Shown here: positions 62,341 to 64,000 of the stretch, in pieces | How positions within the stretch are numbered: the first letter of the stretch is position 1 | Layout of the letters: each line of letters opens with the position of its first letter | Origin: Actinomycetes bacterium | Lineage (GTDB): Bacteria > Actinomycetota > Acidimicrobiia > Acidimicrobiales > UBA8190 | Direction: 5' to 3' | Assembly: GCA_021819525.1 (NCBI GenBank) | Contig: JAKAQW010000001.1 | Span: 68 to 64,067 of the forward strand | DNA length: 64,000 nt | Made by a program: the position numbers and the translations under genes | The notes under the pieces: generated by a model | Databases searched by the model: none | Seen by the model: only the letters and a program-made list of their open reading frames with translations | What the model was told of the DNA's origin: nothing

Positions 62341-64000
62341 CGGCTGTTTGCTGGAGCGAGGCCGCCGTGGACCGCGTGCGCTGCTCGCTGCGACTCGATC
62401 CCCGGCCACATGAACGCCGCTGCTCATCACGGAGCTGGTCGCTGGTCGCTGCCGGTCGCGTCGGGCGGCCGGCCGACCGCTGCAGGTGCCGGGCGCGACG
62501 GTGAGCGTCACGGCGCCGGTGGTGGTGGCGTGCACGTCGAGACTGGAGGCTCCAGCCGGCGACACCACCGTGCCGCCGAGCACCGAAGCGCAGTACCCGT
62601 GGCGATAGTGCTGTGGGGGAACGAAGACCACGCTGGGAGCGTGCATCGTAGGGTTCGGGATGTAGCGAAGCGTGAAGCGGTCGCTGCTCGGCTCGTATGT
62701 CATGGACACCGGCGTGCCGGCTATGGCCTGGGCGTAGGGCTGGACGAGGGCGGGCATGGCCGTCGAATAGCGACCCGAGGCGGTGACGAGTGCTTCGGCG
62801 CTCGAGCCTGTGGGGTCGTCGTAGTACTTCCACGACCAGTACGACCAGCCCAGCAGCAGCTGGTTGGCGGTGGCGGTGATCGCGCCGACCAAGGCGGGAT
62901 CACTGGTGGCGCCGAACTCGCTCATGAACAGCGCCGGGCCGCCGGGCTGCGCCGCGCTGCGAAGACCGGGCTGGCGCGCTGACCACAGCACCATGGTGTG
63001 CTCCACTTGGGCAGCGCAGGCCCGCAGGTTGGTCGGGTTGCCGGTCACCGGGCTGCGGGCTGAGCAGTAGGCGTGGAAATTGAGCACCAGGTTCGGGTAG
63101 TCCATGGGGCCGAGCAGGCTGGGGGCACCGCGACTGGTGAAGATGTCCGGCTCCACGAACAGCAGATGGTGGGGATCGGCCTGCTCGATGGTGGGGATCA
63201 ATCCCTTGGCCGGGTCGTTGGGCGGGCAGTGCAGCGGCGTCGTCGAACCCAGAGCCCGACCCGGGTGGCCCCGGCCGGTGTAGAAGCATTCGAGCAGGGC
63301 ATCGAACGTGCTATGGGCCCGGCGGGGTGCGACACCGCCCCGGCGACGAGCACCGATGCCGGTCTCCGGGCGGCGGGCCGCTCGGGTGGTGGCCGGCTCG
63401 ACGGCGGTCGCCCTCGACGCGCTCCGACGGGTGGTGGTCGGCCTGGCGGCGGTCGGGAACGTGCCTGGTGTGGTCGTGGCATCCGGGTGCGGTGACCGCC
63501 GGGCGGCACCGGTGAGCTGGTGGACAGGTCGATCGAGGCCTACCGGGCCCGACGTCGGTCGGGCGAAGGGCTCGTTGAACAGGTCGTAGCCGATCACCCA
63601 GGGATCGTTGCGGAACGACTTGGCGACCAGCCGCCACACCTCGTCGTACTGGCCTTGGAGGTTGCCCACCACGTCGTTGGTCCAGAAGTTGCCGAACGCG
63701 GCGTTCAAGGCGGCCGTGGCGTAGACCCGCGACCAGCGCCCCGGGGGGTGTACCACCGGCAGCCCGTTCGTGCACACCGCCCACGGCGGGGCGCCGTCGC
63801 CGCCGAACACCCGGCTGTAGATGTCCTGGTGCATGTCGAGCAGGGTGTAGATGTGGTGCTCGGCCAGCAGATCCACGGTCTGGTGCACATGGGCCAGATA
63901 GGCGTCCAGCGTCGCCATGTCGAGCTGCCTGGGGTTGCCTGGCCGGCCCGGGGTGCAGATCGACGGGGCGTTCGGGCCGGCGGTGCCGGGCTCCAACCCC
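62311..64000 (-). CDS. glycoside hydrolase family 5 (endoglycoceramidase/cellulase-like), 5' end outside window
   Basis: LLDMHQDIYSRVFGGDGAPPWA, the acid/base motif GYDLFNEP, HAYC, the nucleophile motif FMSEFG, and a C-terminal beta-rich domain. The frame is open to the window edge. Confidence 0.8.
   Translation of the reverse strand, partial: GLEPGTAGPNAPSICTPGRPGNPRQLDMATLDAYLAHVHQTVDLLAEHHIYTLLDMHQDIYSRVFGGDGAPPWAVCTNGLPVVHPPGRWSRVYATAALNAAFGNFWTNDVVGNLQGQYDEVWRLVAKSFRNDPWVIGYDLFNEPFARPTSGPVGLDRPVHQLTGAARRSPHPDATTTPGTFPTAARPTTTRRSASRATAVEPATTRAARRPETGIGARRRGGVAPRRAHSTFDALLECFYTGRGHPGRALGSTTPLHCPPNDPAKGLIPTIEQADPHHLLFVEPDIFTSRGAPSLLGPMDYPNLVLNFHAYCSARSPVTGNPTNLRACAAQVEHTMVLWSARQPGLRSAAQPGGPALFMSEFGATSDPALVGAITATANQLLLGWSYWSWKYYDDPTGSSAEALVTASGRYSTAMPALVQPYAQAIAGTPVSMTYEPSSDRFTLRYIPNPTMHAPSVVFVPPQHYRHGYCASVLGGTVVSPAGASSLDVHATTTGAVTLTVAPGTCSGRPAARRDRQRPATSSVMSSGVHVAGDRVAASSARGPRRPRSSKQPVRRAPGSSR

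Noticed and set aside
62132-62833. N-terminal extension of prfC (ORF track start 62833).
   Set aside because: It overlaps the GH5 gene's C-terminal coding region and is Arg-rich. GTG 62131 with AAGGAG gives the canonical 531-aa RF3.

Overview
This is a very GC-rich, actinobacterium-like chromosomal core region that is almost fully coding. Bases 1-32.8 kb (+ strand) hold the translation/transcription supercluster in conserved order. It runs rplJ (3' end)-rplL, rpoB-rpoC, rpsL-rpsG-fusA-tuf, the S10 operon (rpsJ to rpsQ), the spc operon (rplN to rplO, then secY-adk-map), infA-rpmJ-rpsM-rpsK-rpsD-rpoA-rplQ, and truA. Downstream come a TrpB2-like PLP enzyme, glnE, glutamine-dependent nadE with a translationally coupled orphan ORF, and the actinobacterial padR-ino1 pair. 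These are followed by a DUF5318-type zinc-ribbon protein, a DUF929-like CPYC protein next to a VKOR homologue, a TVGYGD/RCK K+ channel, panB, rpsF-ssb-rpsR-rplI-dnaB and a Fur-family regulator. The window ends with a ~1 kb gene-poor lower-GC patch, a CUT1-type sugar ABC transporter (binding protein, 2 permeases, ATPase), serB, a truncated desaturase-like ORF, prfC and the 3' part of a GH5 glycosidase. I found no rRNA, tRNA, CRISPR array, intact mobile element or recognisable defence or toxin system. The most unusual property is a sequence habit rather than a gene: many short (14-52 bp) tandem or near-tandem duplications. They often copy the last codons plus the stop codon of a gene. Cases are putative rplJ, rplL, truA, the DUF929 gene, ino1 with the convergent orphan ORF, and a small ORF upstream of the Fur-family gene where a 23-bp unit is present 9 times. 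Others sit in frame inside protein linkers or tails (glnE, nadE, rplD) or form microsatellites ((CACGGC)12 between glnE and nadE, (GACA)6 before rpmJ). Many ribosomal proteins carry long low-complexity C-terminal tails that could come from the same process. Other second-look items are a 575-bp ORF-less spacer splitting rpsJ from rplC, a 51-codon Cys-rich ORF with a perfect Shine-Dalgarno (SD) near the Fur-family gene, and the DUF929-VKOR pairing. Start codons and repeat boundaries were derived by hand, so expect errors of a few nt. Family names come from motif recognition and synteny, not from database searches.
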